From: an uncultured Nitrososphaerota archaeon
GTDB taxonomy: Archaea > Thermoproteota > Nitrososphaeria > Nitrososphaerales > CADDZS01
Length of the DNA stretch: 64,000 bases
Direction: 5' to 3'
Assembly (NCBI GenBank): GCA_963799845.1
Contig: CAWCYI010000004.1
Span: forward strand, 1,440,001 to 1,504,000
The notes under the pieces are model-generated. The model was not told where the DNA came from and made no database searches. It was given only the letters and a program-made list of their open reading frames with translations. Both the position numbers and the translations under genes were made by a program. Below, in pieces: positions 1 to 11,439 of the stretch (position 1 is its first letter; the number at the start of each line of letters is the position of its first letter).

Positions 1-640
1 CAAAATATTCGTCAGAAGGATCGGGACTGATGTTTGTAAAAGGCAGGACAGCGATTCTGTTACCAGATATCGGTTTTTTGCTTTGAAACGAAGTTGCTTG
101 AACATCCCATGGCAGGATGATTTTGAACACATCAACAACGTATCGAACATTCTTTAGCTCCTTCTCTTCAAGCTTCAAAAATTGGTATGATACCTTGTTT
201 CTAACTTGATCAAAGACCTGTTCCGAGATACATACTCCCTCTGGCGAAGCAAGCGGCTCTATCCGCGAGGCAATGTTTACAGCGTCACCGAAAATGTCTC
301 CCTGCTTGTGTACCACATCACCGAGATGGATCCCTATTCTTAGCTTGATTCTCCACTCTTCCCGAGAGGAAGTATTGTAATCTCTCAAAAAAGTCTGAAT
401 CTCGATCGCGCATTTTACCGCATCCACGGCACTGTCGAATTCGACAAGGAATGAATCACCTATCGTCTTGATTTCTTTCCCACGATGTCTGGATATGATC
501 GGTCTGAGAAGTCGATTGTGCCTGTCTAATATTTCCAGAGCGAGTGATTCGTTTGACTGAGCCAGAGCGGTGTAGCCGACCATGTCGGTGAACATGATGG
601 CCGCCAGCCTCCGTTCTTCCCTGCTAGTATCGACTGACAA
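1..640 (-). CDS. Class III adenylate/guanylate cyclase with TolB-like domain (partial, runs off window start)
   Basis: Not in ORF track. Manual translation from TTG at 640: MSVDTSREERRLAAIMFTDMVGYT..KTIGDSFLVEF..LRIGIHLGDVV..GDIFGDAVNIASRIE..RIAVLPFTNISPDPSDEYF. Confidence 0.9.
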   Translation of the reverse strand, partial: MSVDTSREERRLAAIMFTDMVGYTALAQSNESLALEILDRHNRLLRPIISRHRGKEIKTIGDSFLVEFDSAVDAVKCAIEIQTFLRDYNTSSREEWRIKLRIGIHLGDVVHKQGDIFGDAVNIASRIEPLASPEGVCISEQVFDQVRNKVSYQFLKLEEKELKNVRYVVDVFKIILPWDVQATSFQSKKPISGNRIAVLPFTNISPDPSDEYF

Positions 641-696
641 GCGAATCTTCTGAATTGAATCCCATTATTACTTAAATTGGTTTGTTGTCTGAATTC

Positions 697-846
697 TTAC
701 TTTGCATGGCCGTACTTGTGAGGATCACTGTCAAACTTTGTCTTGCAAGCAGCCGAGCAGAAGTAAAATGTCTGTCCTTCATGCTCAGACTTCAGCTTCG
801 TCTTCTTTTCATCTACCATCATTCCACATATTGGATCTTTCATCAT
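697..846 (-). CDS. YHS/TRASH small metallochaperone (CopM-like)
   Basis: MMKDPICGMMVD...YFCSAACKTKF; likely start is ATG at 846; divergent from the cop regulator. Confidence 0.85.
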   Translation of the reverse strand: MMKDPICGMMVDEKKTKLKSEHEGQTFYFCSAACKTKFDSDPHKYGHAK

Positions 847-900
847 AGCTCGGAACGACCTCTTGCGTAGTTCGAGAGGGGAAACTATTTCACATTTTGT

Positions 901-916
901 CTTTACATTTGTAAAG
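901..916. promoter_or_regulatory. Candidate CopT operator, palindrome CTTTACA-TT-TGTAAAG
   Basis: Perfect 7-2-7 inverted repeat between the divergent YHS gene and the regulator; a 12/14 match lies at 1581-1594 upstream of copA. Confidence 0.55.
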
Positions 917-957
917 TATTTATCACAGAACCGCACTTATTAGAATGAATCGCCAAA

Positions 958-1584
958 TTGAAACTCGATCCGATAGATCTCGTTATTTTGAAGGAACTCA
1001 ACACCGACGGTCGTGCGTCTCTCCGCCAGATCGCAAAGAAATCGTCACTTTCCACTCCAACTGTTTCGAGCAGGTTCGAGAGGATGAAGAAGGCCGGGCT
1101 GATTCAAAAGTTCATTCCGATCTTGAGCCCTGACGCATCAAATGATTCAAGTGTTCTGGCTTTCGTTACCCTTAGCGCGCCATCCTCTTCCATCGAAAGG
1201 ATCACGAAACAGCTAGAGGTCAAGCCCGGGGTGATCGGAGTCTTTGTCACAACCGGAGCCAACAATCTTATGATCAAAGTCAGCGTCCGAAACGCCCAGT
1301 CGTTGCAGCGATTCCTAACAAGCCCAGAATTCAGAAAACTTGGCGTCGAGGTGGCGAGCAGTCAAATTATTACCGAGACGGTGAAGGATGAGCGTCCTCT
1401 ACCGTTCACGGACGAGATTTACATGAAACTCTCCTGCGATCTCTGCAATGGCGAGATAACTTCTAACACACCTTATACGATCAGGGTAGCCTCGTCGAGA
1501 TACTATTTCTGCTGCAAGACATGCAAAGCAACATATCTCCAAAAGCACGGCGACAGAATCAGGTCAATCAACAAAGCGAATTAA
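958..1584 (+). CDS. Lrp/AsnC-type HTH regulator with C-terminal TRASH domain (CopT/CopR-like)
   Basis: LDPIDLVILKEL..GRASLRQIAK HTH; C-terminal CDLCNGEI...YYFCCKTC. Confidence 0.88.
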   Translation: MKLDPIDLVILKELNTDGRASLRQIAKKSSLSTPTVSSRFERMKKAGLIQKFIPILSPDASNDSSVLAFVTLSAPSSSIERITKQLEVKPGVIGVFVTTGANNLMIKVSVRNAQSLQRFLTSPEFRKLGVEVASSQIITETVKDERPLPFTDEIYMKLSCDLCNGEITSNTPYTIRVASSRYYFCCKTCKATYLQKHGDRIRSINKAN

Positions 1585-1638
1585 CGTTTGTAAATGTGAG
1601 CCTTTAACCTCTAAATCCTTCTAATCTTCATTCAGACA

Positions 1639-3726
1639 ATGGCGATCGATCCAGTCTGCGGAATGTATGTCGAGGAATCTCCCGACACACTCCACGCAAC
1701 TGTCAGGAGGACAACATACTATTTTTGCAGCGAGTCCTGCCTGAATGAGTTCACAAGACCAGAGGTGGAGCTGCAGAGCATCAAGCGAAACATCGTCCTC
1801 AGCTTAGCGTTGGGCATCCCGATCCTCGTCCTCTCGTATGTCCCGGTGTCACTCCCATTTCCCCTTGGCTGGCTTCTCCTTGCGCTTGCAACGCCGGTGC
1901 AGTTTATCGCCGGGGCAAGGTTCTACCGCGGGACCTGGGACGCCATCAGGATGCGTTCCTCGAACATGGACGTGTTAATCGCGATTGGAACGTCCACGGC
2001 ATACTTTTATAGCCTCGCCTACGTTCTGTTTCCAAAACAGTTCCTGTACGGCGGACTGTACTTCGACAGTTCCGCGATAATCATTGCTCTAATCTTGATC
2101 GGAAGATTGCTCGAATTCAACGTCCGGGGGAAAGCCACCGACGCAATCCGAAAACTGGCCGAGCTGCAACCAAAGATCGCGATCGTAATTCGAGACGGCA
2201 TGGAAAAAGAAATTCCTATAGAACAGGTCGTCGAGGGAGACATCTTCATCGTAAAGCCGGGCGAAAGAATTGCAACCGATGGCGAAGTTATCGATGGAGA
2301 CTCTTCAGTCGACGAAAAAATGATCACCGGAGAAAGCATCCCCGTTGAGAAAGAGAAGGGGAACGCGGTCATCGGCGGGACTATAAACGGTCAGGGCTCT
2401 CTGAAGGTTAGAGCAACCAAAGTCGGCGCGGATACTACCCTCTCCAAAATCGTGAACGTGGTGCAGGGGGCGCTAACCTCAAAGGGACCTATCGAGAGGC
2501 TGGTTGACACGATTTCAAAGTATTTCGTCCCCATCGTCGTCTTCGTCGCACTGCTGTCTTTCGTTCTCTGGGTCTTCGTCGCTCACAAGCCTGTGAGCTT
2601 TGGTTTCACCACGGCAGTTGCGGTCCTGATCATTGCCTGCCCCTGCGCGCTCGGACTTGCGACTCCGGCCGCAATAGCAGTTGGAGCGGGGAAGGGTGCG
2701 GAGAACGGGATACTGATCAAGGGCGGAGAATATCTTGAGAGAACAGAAAAGATCGACACAGTAGTTTTCGACAAGACAGGTACACTGACCAGAGGCGAAC
2801 CTTCCGTGACTGACATACTCAATCTGAGTTCGGAATCATTTACTGACGATGAGATCTTGAAATTCGCAGCAATCGCGGAGAATCGGTCCGAGCATCCTCT
2901 CGCTTCTGCGATCATGAAGAAGGCAAAAGAAAAGTTCCCGAATCAATCGTTCGACGGAGCAGCGAACTTTGAATCCATTCCGGGCAGGGGAGTAAGGGCA
3001 ACTTACTCTGGCCATGAGATTTTATTTGGAAACACGAAGGTTCTGGAGTCTGAGCAACTTACACCGGCGATTGCAATGAAACTGGATGAACTCCGCGACC
3101 AGGGAAAGACGACCATGATTCTGATGGTAGATGGTTCTGTTGTAGGTTTGATCGCGGCCGCTGACACGATAAAAGAACATTCCAAAGAAGCAATCAGCGC
3201 ACTGCAGAAAATGAAACTCGAAGTGATGATGCTGACCGGCGATAATAAGCAGACCGCGGCTGCAATATCGCATCAGCTCGGGATTATGAGATTCATAGCG
3301 GACGTGCTACCGGAAGATAAGTATGAAGCAATCAAAAAACTACAGAGTGAAGAACATCGCAAGGTCGCAATGGTGGGAGATGGGATAAATGATGCACCCG
3401 CTCTGGCTCAGGCCGATGTCGGGATCGCAATGGGGTCTGGTTCCGACATTGCAATCGAAACTGGCGGGCTGATTTTGATGAAGGACGATCCGAGAGATGT
3501 CGTCGCGGGAATCCAGCTTTCAAGAAAAACCATGAGCAAGATAAAGCAAAACCTGTTCTGGGCATTCGTTTACAACGTCGGGCTGATCCCGGTTGCAGCT
3601 GGGCTGCTGTACATCATCGCTGGAATCCTGCTCAATCCCATCTTCTCGGGGTTTGCGATGGCGATGTCGTCGGTAACTGTAGTAACAAATTCTCTAACAC
3701 TGCGAAGATTCAAACCCAAGTTGTAA
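1639..3726 (+). CDS. copA: Cu(I)-exporting P1B-type ATPase with N-terminal YHS domain
   Basis: TGES, CPCALGLATP, DKTGT, SEHP, GDGINDAP, YN and MAMSS motifs. Confidence 0.96.
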   Translation: MAIDPVCGMYVEESPDTLHATVRRTTYYFCSESCLNEFTRPEVELQSIKRNIVLSLALGIPILVLSYVPVSLPFPLGWLLLALATPVQFIAGARFYRGTWDAIRMRSSNMDVLIAIGTSTAYFYSLAYVLFPKQFLYGGLYFDSSAIIIALILIGRLLEFNVRGKATDAIRKLAELQPKIAIVIRDGMEKEIPIEQVVEGDIFIVKPGERIATDGEVIDGDSSVDEKMITGESIPVEKEKGNAVIGGTINGQGSLKVRATKVGADTTLSKIVNVVQGALTSKGPIERLVDTISKYFVPIVVFVALLSFVLWVFVAHKPVSFGFTTAVAVLIIACPCALGLATPAAIAVGAGKGAENGILIKGGEYLERTEKIDTVVFDKTGTLTRGEPSVTDILNLSSESFTDDEILKFAAIAENRSEHPLASAIMKKAKEKFPNQSFDGAANFESIPGRGVRATYSGHEILFGNTKVLESEQLTPAIAMKLDELRDQGKTTMILMVDGSVVGLIAAADTIKEHSKEAISALQKMKLEVMMLTGDNKQTAAAISHQLGIMRFIADVLPEDKYEAIKKLQSEEHRKVAMVGDGINDAPALAQADVGIAMGSGSDIAIETGGLILMKDDPRDVVAGIQLSRKTMSKIKQNLFWAFVYNVGLIPVAAGLLYIIAGILLNPIFSGFAMAMSSVTVVTNSLTLRRFKPKL

Positions 3727-3855
3727 TTTAGTAGTTTTGATATCCAGAAGGTTTTGGAGGACTGCAAAACCCCTTGAACTCCCTTCGCTAAAGGAAGCAA
3801 GAGAGCGCACGAAAGAGACCGAGTCGAGGATAGTTCGGACAAATAGGAGAAGCGC

Positions 3856-4083
3856 GTGGGTCTCCAGCCTCAAATGATCGCAAAGATTCGACTATACACC
3901 TATGTTGGCTTCCGCGTTCTCGTTGTGGCGTACGCTGTCTTTCTTTTCTCTTGGCTAGAGACAGTCTTTCGCACTCGGCAGTTCTCGATAGATATGGGAA
4001 TGTTGGTCTTTCCTGTCGTGATTGTTGCGTATCTCGCATTCTTCGAGATCTATCGTTTTACTCAAAAACTGACAAACCGATAG
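3856..4083 (+). CDS. Small two-helix membrane protein
   Basis: 75 aa ORF with two hydrophobic segments. Confidence 0.5.
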   Translation: MGLQPQMIAKIRLYTYVGFRVLVVAYAVFLFSWLETVFRTRQFSIDMGMLVFPVVIVAYLAFFEIYRFTQKLTNR

Positions 4084-4114
4084 ATTTTATATCCAGAACC
4101 TACATTATATCGGT

Positions 4115-5167
4115 TTGACCGCAATGAACCAAACCGATAGACCGCATCTTTCCAAGACCTCTCCGTGGGATAAGGCCCTACGAGCAGTAGCAATCATCAG
4201 GGCTATTGGGAAGGCTAAACCCACAACGAGTCCGAGACTCACCAAAAAGATTTCGGAGCTTCTAGACGAACTCGCAGCCATTCGTAAAGACGACCCTCGA
4301 ATCATCATCAAACTCACCAAAAAGCTGCGTGTCAAGTATACTTACCATACTAATTCCATCGAGGGCAACACACTCACCGAGTCGGAGACACGGTCTTTCA
4401 TCGAGACTGGCATGACGGTCTCAGGCAAACCACTTCGAGACTTCACCGAAACTAAAAACATTCCAGAAGCTCTTAACATGATCATCGACATGGCGCAAGC
4501 GAACAAGCCACTAAGACTCTCCGATCTCCTAGACCTCCACAAGATCGTCGTCAAAGACACCGAGGAAGCGGAGCCTGGTTATTTCAGGAAAGGTTTTGTC
4601 AGGATAGGCAACAGTCCATACGTTCCACCACCAGTCTACGAGCTCGACAATCTCGTCGATGAAATGCTCACTTACTCCAACAATAACCCCGACAAGCTCA
4701 ACCCCTATGAGCTCGCCTTCAAGACCCATCTGTGGCTCGTATCCATTCACCCCTTTGAAGATGGCAACGGCAGAGTCACGAGACTCGTTGCGGGTCTCAT
4801 CCAACTAAGACACCACATGCCACCAATCATCATCAAGAGAGAACACAGGAGACGCTACTGGTCAGTTCTCAGGGCTACCCAAAAGCAAGAGGGTCTGAAG
4901 CCGTACTACGACTTTATGGCAGAGGAGTATATCGCAACCCTCATCGAATACGTTACAGCTGCGAGACAAACAGGTCCAGAAGACAACTTGGTTCCATTGG
5001 CAGAAGCTGCGAAGAAGTACAAGCTTGACACAGAATACTTGGGTCTTCTAGCGCGGACAGGAGTCATCAAGGGAATGAAGAACGGAGGTCGATGGATGAT
5101 AAGAGTCAAAGACATGGAAGACTATGTGGCTCATCGAAGAAAACCGAAAGCTAGAGAAAGAAAATGA
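4115..5167 (+). CDS. Fic family protein (class II) with C-terminal excisionase-like HTH
   Basis: HPFEDGNGRVTR catalytic motif; TNSIEGN inhibitory motif; C-terminal LVPLAEAAK..GGRWMI. Confidence 0.9.
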   Translation: MTAMNQTDRPHLSKTSPWDKALRAVAIIRAIGKAKPTTSPRLTKKISELLDELAAIRKDDPRIIIKLTKKLRVKYTYHTNSIEGNTLTESETRSFIETGMTVSGKPLRDFTETKNIPEALNMIIDMAQANKPLRLSDLLDLHKIVVKDTEEAEPGYFRKGFVRIGNSPYVPPPVYELDNLVDEMLTYSNNNPDKLNPYELAFKTHLWLVSIHPFEDGNGRVTRLVAGLIQLRHHMPPIIIKREHRRRYWSVLRATQKQEGLKPYYDFMAEEYIATLIEYVTAARQTGPEDNLVPLAEAAKKYKLDTEYLGLLARTGVIKGMKNGGRWMIRVKDMEDYVAHRRKPKARERK

Positions 5168-5588
5168 GGACATGGCACTTCCCGCTGCAATACGTCTGAA
5201 GCAGAAACACCCCACCAGAAAGCACCAGTCTCTTGGGAAGTACATCAGACACTAGCAATGATGTACCGTGGCCCAAGGTACTTGCGTCAAATAGCAGTGG
5301 GCATCCAGCCTCAATTTTGATGTCTTCGACACGAATAGCACCACCGTCAGTTCGAAATGCCGTAATCGTAATCTTGGCGCGAGGAAAGACCCCCCTAGGC
5401 TCAAAACAAAATAGATACAAATGTGAAGATCGATAAGAACATAAGCCCAGAGCCCAATGCAAAATATGGGATCGATTTTTTTCTGGCTCTCCGCCAATTG
5501 ATCTTCCAATCATCTTCATTGTCTGAGCCTGACAAATTAAATCAGTCCTTGATGATCCAGTAGCTAACTAGGAACTTGCAGTTTCCAT

Positions 5589-6232
5589 CTATTTCCGAAC
5601 AAGAGTCAAACAAAAATGTCCGTCCTTCTTCGTCAGTCGCTTAACGGTACATTTTTTGAATAATCCGACCAACTCGACTTTCAAGAAATGATGATGTGGA
5701 ATGTTCGCCTCCTCGCCCTTGGGACCATATTAGAGTGCCAGGCTCAACTGCAGTAGCGTGCGGGTTTTGGATTTTCTCGGATTTCGACCAGCTGAGGTAC
5801 CTCAACGTAAATGTATCCGCCCTTTCTCGTCACTCTCTCGATCTCGGTAGCGATTTTTCTGATCTTGTCACTGAAAGTATGGTGGAAGACCCTCATAACT
5901 AGGACACCGTCAAAAAAAGAACTAGCGTATGGAAAAGGGATGCCATTCATATCCCAGATCCTTAGTTTTGCACTAAGCCGTTCCTTATGCAATTCTTCTC
6001 TAGTGCGGCTTATCGCCTTTCGTGACCAGTCAAAACCATAAACATCGAATCCCAACTTGGCAAGATAGACCGTGTGCCTGCCTGTACCGCAGCCAAAGTC
6101 GAGTACTCTCGAAGCCCTTCTCCACTTTTTCAGCAGACTTGCTGCTAGGGAAACCACGCCTTGCTCTACCCGTCTGTCTGGATACCAATCGAGCCAAGTG
6201 TCCTTGATAACAGGTCGAGTTCTATGGGGCAT
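5589..6232 (-). CDS. Class I SAM-dependent methyltransferase (two apparent +1 indels near 5790 and 5717)
   Basis: VLDFGCGTGRH motif I; alternate frames give ..VEPGTLIW..EEANIPHHHF..FCLTLVRK* ending at 5589. Confidence 0.8.
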
Positions 6233-6317
6233 ATTTAGGGATCTACGACCAGATGGACAATTTGAATCAGGATAGGTAACTCTCTAAGTGGTGAACGATA
6301 TGTCTTTCCTTCTTATA

Positions 6318-6383
6318 ATGATCAAGGGCGGCGAGTACCTCGAAAGGAATCAGAAGATTGACACGATTGTCTTTAACAAAGTT
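6318..6383 (+). pseudogene. Short remnant of a copA-like gene (phosphorylation-loop region)
   Basis: Translates MIKGGEYLERNQKIDTIVFNK, versus LIKGGEYLERTEKIDTVVFDK in copA (about 2713-2775). Confidence 0.75.
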
Positions 6384-7097
6384 TGGGAGACTATCCCACT
6401 AACGTTTAGCTTCTTTCAACCTGCTGTAGTTTCTTTCCTGATACTCGCTTAGACCTTCCATCGAGCAAAGCAGACCTTGTTCACGGATTTCTAGATCGTA
6501 CTGAGATTCAGGTGTTCGAATCATAGAAGAAATTTATCCCTGTTCGTCGGAAAAGTGATGTCGTGCTTTTTCTTCTAACCACTGACGGCTCTATTCGGTC
6601 GTTTCATTGCATGATAACCTCTTTGGAAGCTCTGGATCCATTCAATGTTGGAGTCTTGTTTGCCGAAGAGTTATAGTGATTAGCAATTTCGCAAGTGCCT
6701 TAATACTGAGTAAGGAAACCGAGCTCAGCGATCTTGAAACTCTTGGAACATTATGGTCGTCTTTCAATTCCAAGAATCAGCGAATTATCGAAATACTCCG
6801 AGCTGGAATGCGGTTTAAGACTGGGTAATCTAGTAGCGAAGTTCACACTCTTAAAAGTCCGAAAATTTGTTGTGTTTCGGGAAGGGGTGTAGTCGCTGGC
6901 GAATGGGTCATACCATCTTCAGCGCTCGCTCCTTCCCGCCTCATATTGCTCATGAACTGTCTGAAGTTTCGAGGGAAGCTTTGCTTTGGTCTATCGAATT
7001 TGGGCAATAACTGGGGAAAAATGATTGCACATTTCGCGTTAGAACTCTCCATTAAACGTCAAAGGTTATGACATCGTAACTAAGTAGAAGATGTGTA

Positions 7098-7406
7098 ATG
7101 AGCTCCGTTGAAAATACTTACAGAGAAGTAGCCAAATTTGTTTCACTAGCTCTCTCTGTCACTCCCAATACCAAAACTGAAGGTTATCTTGAAGAAGCTT
7201 GGAAACTAATTGAGACGCTTCCAGATAAGAATAAGCGTGGTTTTCGGTACACGTACCCTGAGATCTACGAGGCGATAACCGTGGGTATAAGGCCGACATT
7301 AATAGAAGCGATCAGGGATGAGCTTTCAGAGTTGACTCTGACTACAAAGGAAGACGTTGAATCCATAGAAAAAGATGTAGAGGAAATTGAAGAAGAGAAG
7401 AAATGA
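7098..7406 (+). CDS. Hypothetical acidic protein
   Basis: 102 aa ATG ORF, protein-like composition. Confidence 0.55.
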   Translation: MSSVENTYREVAKFVSLALSVTPNTKTEGYLEEAWKLIETLPDKNKRGFRYTYPEIYEAITVGIRPTLIEAIRDELSELTLTTKEDVESIEKDVEEIEEEKK

Positions 7407-7958
7407 GTGTGTTGCAGACAACCAGAAACGTGCTAGTTCAATAGCATGTAACACTGATGCCATCGTCATCGGAACCAGAGTTTTTCTAGGGGGTTCAACA
7501 GCGGATCTGGAAGATTATGCGTACGATCCTTGTCCATAAGGGTTAGAAAAATGAAAAGCATGCAAATGATCACAATCGCAGTACTTGGAGCATTCATTCT
7601 GGTTTCTGGCTTGTTGCAGCCATCTCTTCGTCACAAACTATTACATCTCAGACGACGCAGATAACCACAGTGATAAACGTTTACCTTGCTTTCCTCTTTT
7701 AGGGCATCGTGGAACTCTTTGACTAATTGTGTTGCAGAGTTCATTCGAGGCACCCTCAATAAGTAACTGAATTAAGGTTTCTGGTAACCGAAATTTCCAA
7801 TGTTCTTAGGTCTCACCTCAGACGATGGGCGGAATCTGGGTCTCAGGCATGAATTCACGAATCAGATCTTCAATCCTACATGTCGTAAATATCAGATCGA
7901 AGATTTTCAAAACGTTGTTTACAAGGAGAGCTTTGAGTGAAGTGGGTCAGGACATAAG

Positions 7959-8249
7959 ATGGTCAGAAACAAGCTAAAGGAAAATCAAGAAAGAGGGAAG
8001 CTAGGAGAGGAGGATGCTAAAAGGGACCTTGAGTTGATGGGATATGAAGTAATAAGAAAAGATACGTTAAAACGAGGCAGCGATTTCTTGGCAAGGCGTA
8101 CCAGTCCAGTTGATCTAAGATCCGAGATTTTCCCGGTCGAAGTGAAGACGGGCAATTCAAGACTCTCTCAGAATCAGACGGAGTCAAAGCAAAGATATGG
8201 GAGAAGGTACAAGATATTGCGCCCCGACTCTGATTTTTTGGACCAATAA
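7959..8249 (+). CDS. Minimal PD-(D/E)XK nuclease (Hjc/YraN-like)
   Basis: GKLGEE..L..MGYEV..GSDFLA..VEVKTG..LSQNQ. Confidence 0.7.
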   Translation: MVRNKLKENQERGKLGEEDAKRDLELMGYEVIRKDTLKRGSDFLARRTSPVDLRSEIFPVEVKTGNSRLSQNQTESKQRYGRRYKILRPDSDFLDQ

Positions 8250-8540
8250 GGACAAAGGATTTCACTTCTAATTTCCTGACTGATGGTCAATTATCTCTTG
8301 AATTACACTTTGGATTCCATTCGTCTCCCTATTTGCTAACGCCCCGCACTTACTTGGGCAACAGAATTTTTCTACTCTTCAAGCCTGAATTTCGGAGCTG
8401 CAATATCAATCCTCAAAGATTTCACCGATATTGAGAGAAATTCGAGAGAATGAGATCGGAGTTTAGCTCTTTTTGAACCCTTTATTGCGGGAGATAATTC
8501 CTTTCATCTCTCAATACTGAAAAGAAGGATTGACAATATC

Positions 8541-11152
8541 TTGGTTCTTCAAGTCTTTAGATCTGGACTTTTCAATACTAGGCACGAAAGGGATCAGACA
8601 GAAAAACTCATTGAATCTCTTCATAGAGATTTTGCTGGGACTAACGATGATTGCCGAATAATTATTGATCCGATGTTTTCAATTCCAATTAAGACTGGCG
8701 TGCAGAATTTCCAACTTGACGCGATCGTCCTAAAAGACAATATGATTGCCATCATTGAATTGAAAGATCACGAGGGAATAATAAGGGCGAACTATTCAAA
8801 AGGAGCAATTTGGACCGTTGACACAGGAAAAGGCCCCTATGAAGTGAAATCATCTAATCCTTACGAGCAGGCAGCGCTCAAACGATTGGGGCTTTGTGTA
8901 TTTCTTGATCAACACTTCTTCGGGGATTCCAATCCCAGTAAGAATCTCGATGACTTAGAAAACTACTATTATGAAGTAACCGACAAAGTAAAACTCAAAG
9001 TGAAGTCTTGGGTAGTCGTAAATGAAAACTCGCAAATTATCGGCGATGGCTCACGCCCTCAAGAGCGGCCCTGGTTCAGACATCTGAAAATTCACGAAGT
9101 AGCGCGAGCTAGCACTCGAAAGATCTTCTTCAAAGTTTCTGACCGACCAGCAATTTCAGGATTTTCTAAAAGAATTACGAGCTGTAAGAGTACCTTGGGA
9201 CAGATGGTTCGCGGGTATTCCATTGGAGGATGCCCCAAAAGAACATCCCATGAGGATACCACTTCTTGACAGTTGGATCTCTAGTGGTGATGCCACACAA
9301 GTTACAGAAGCTCTTTCCTATATTAGCAAGCTTTGGTTGCGACAATACGAAAATGAAATACTGTATCTATGGCACATTAGTAATCCCGATATAAGACAAC
9401 GGTGCCTGAGCATATTGATCTCGTGGAACTCAGAAAAATTGCCTACGATTTTGAGCGAGGCACTTTCAGATAATGAACCAACTATCATATCCCTCGCTTT
9501 GACTCACTTGTCTCAAATCGGTTTTCCAGAAGCCTTTCCCGCCTTGCGTAACATGCTTCGCAATAATCAGGGGCAATTTACGCGGCAAGTGTTGAAGGCG
9601 ATAGCCGCTTCTGGCCATCGATCTTCTTGCGAAGCACTAATGGAGTTTGCAATTCAGAAATTTGAGTCAAAGAACTTCGCTATCTCTGCAGAATATGACG
9701 AGGCCGCGATATCTTGGAAGAGCGGCAGGCAAGATTACTTGAAGAATGGCCGCTACGAGGAAGAAAGGGGTGCTCTAAACGATTTGGAGCATCGCAAGCG
9801 AGATTTCCTTTCACTTTTCAGAAGCGTTTGTGAAGCAATGGGAGAAGCTAAGTGCAGCCATGCGGTCCCCTGGCTTCTTGAGTTTGTTTCTTCGCCACGC
9901 AGGATGGGACTAGACCGGGATGCCTTTCCTGATTTCGGTGAATACAGGTTTGATTCTTGTTATAGTGTCTTTCAAATCGCAGCTGAGGCTATGGGCGAAA
10001 TAGGATCACAGGAAGCATTGCCTACACTGCTTCAAAAACTTGAATCAGTGGGCGAGGACTATCAGGAAATAATCATCAATGCACTTGGAGAAATTGGGGA
10101 CCCAGCTGCATCAACTGAGTTAGCAAAGTATCTCGACCACGTCAAAAATCCGCACATGTATGACAGAACGGTTTACGCTTTGGGTCAGACGGGGGCAAAA
10201 GATGCTTTCGACAAATTGGCGGCCAACTATGTCAAGGATCCCTTGAGCGATAGTGGGCGGTGGACGGCCGAAGCCTTGGTTAAGATCGATGTGAAAAAGT
10301 TTGAAAACACTCTTCTAACTGCATTGCAGTCTGAGGCAAACCAGGAATTTAAGGATGCATTTCTTTTTGCGTTGCTACCTATTGCCACCACAGAGTCTGC
10401 GCAAATCCTTTTTCCCTTACTCAAAGATCCTGTCTTATCGAATCGGGCCGCATGGATTCTTAGTAATCTGTCGAATGATTTGGGCGTTTCCAGTAAAGCC
10501 AAGACACTTACGAAATCTCAAGACTCGATCGAGAAAGCAGCAGCCATTTTCATCCTCAACGATTACTATCTCAAACATCTTAGTGAAATCGAACAGTTCG
10601 AGGGATCTGCTGAAGGAGTTGAAGTTAGGCGTGCCGTGACCAGTCTCTACGAAGTCAGCTCGCTTGACAAGTCGACTTCTCAAATATGCAGGAGATCCTG
10701 ATGAAATTGTCCGATCCATCGTATTCGACAGTTATGAGTTCGGAGGCGGAAAATACCTCGGTGATTTTTATCTCGCCTCTGATTCTGAAGAGGCTCAGAA
10801 TTGTAGGGTCGTGATAAACAGTGAGGGTCTGGCAATAGAACTGAGGAATAAAGTGCTATTTGTAAGGATGACGAGTCTACAACACGTTGTTGTAACTGAA
10901 TCATCCTCCGCAGCGAGTGGTGTTTTCATGCTAGTTGATGGAAGGACCACTCACGATCATTACCTCTTGGTTCCAGATGAACATTGGCATCACGACACCT
11001 CGGAAAGTGAAGCAGCTGAGTTGTTTCTAGAGATATCGTCAATCGCTCACGGCCAAGTAGGCACGCCAAAACTAGATGGAGATGAAATGCGGATTGCAAT
11101 CGAGCTGTGGAACGCGGTTCCTGATGAATTCAAGAATAGCGTGAGAGCTTGA
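8541..11152 (+). CDS. NERD nuclease-domain / HEAT-repeat protein, about 870 aa, split into three ORFs by indels near 9107 and 10657
   Basis: NERD QLDAIVL..IIELKD..W..NPYEQA; the +1 frame after 9110 reads ALERSSSKFL..IPLEDAPK into ORF 9223; HEAT repeats (AAEAMGEIGS, INALGEIGD, YALGQTG); ORF 10664 begins with a HEAT end (DPDEIVR). Confidence 0.7.
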
Positions 11153-11439
11153 ACTTCACTAAAGTGTCTAACCAAAAGTCGACTGACGAGTAAATCTAAA
11201 GAAAATTATGTCTTCTCCCTTTCTCCCCTTTTCTGCCAAAATCGTTTTTTTGCTCGTAGAACCTGCAAGGCCCTCGTCGAGGAAAATCAACTATCAAAAA
11301 TACTGAATACGCAGGAGATGTTGAAAGCTACTCTGGCGATCGGCGAGAGCCAGAACAACAACAGCGAGCCAAAGCTTTTAGGAATGGCAAAGCCCGCTTT
11401 CAGAGGTAAGACATTCGGGTTTATGAAGGAGATATTGCT

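Noticed and set aside
5151-5519. 122-aa minus-strand ORF after the Fic gene
   Set aside because: No family signal and competing overlapping ORFs; cannot be supported.
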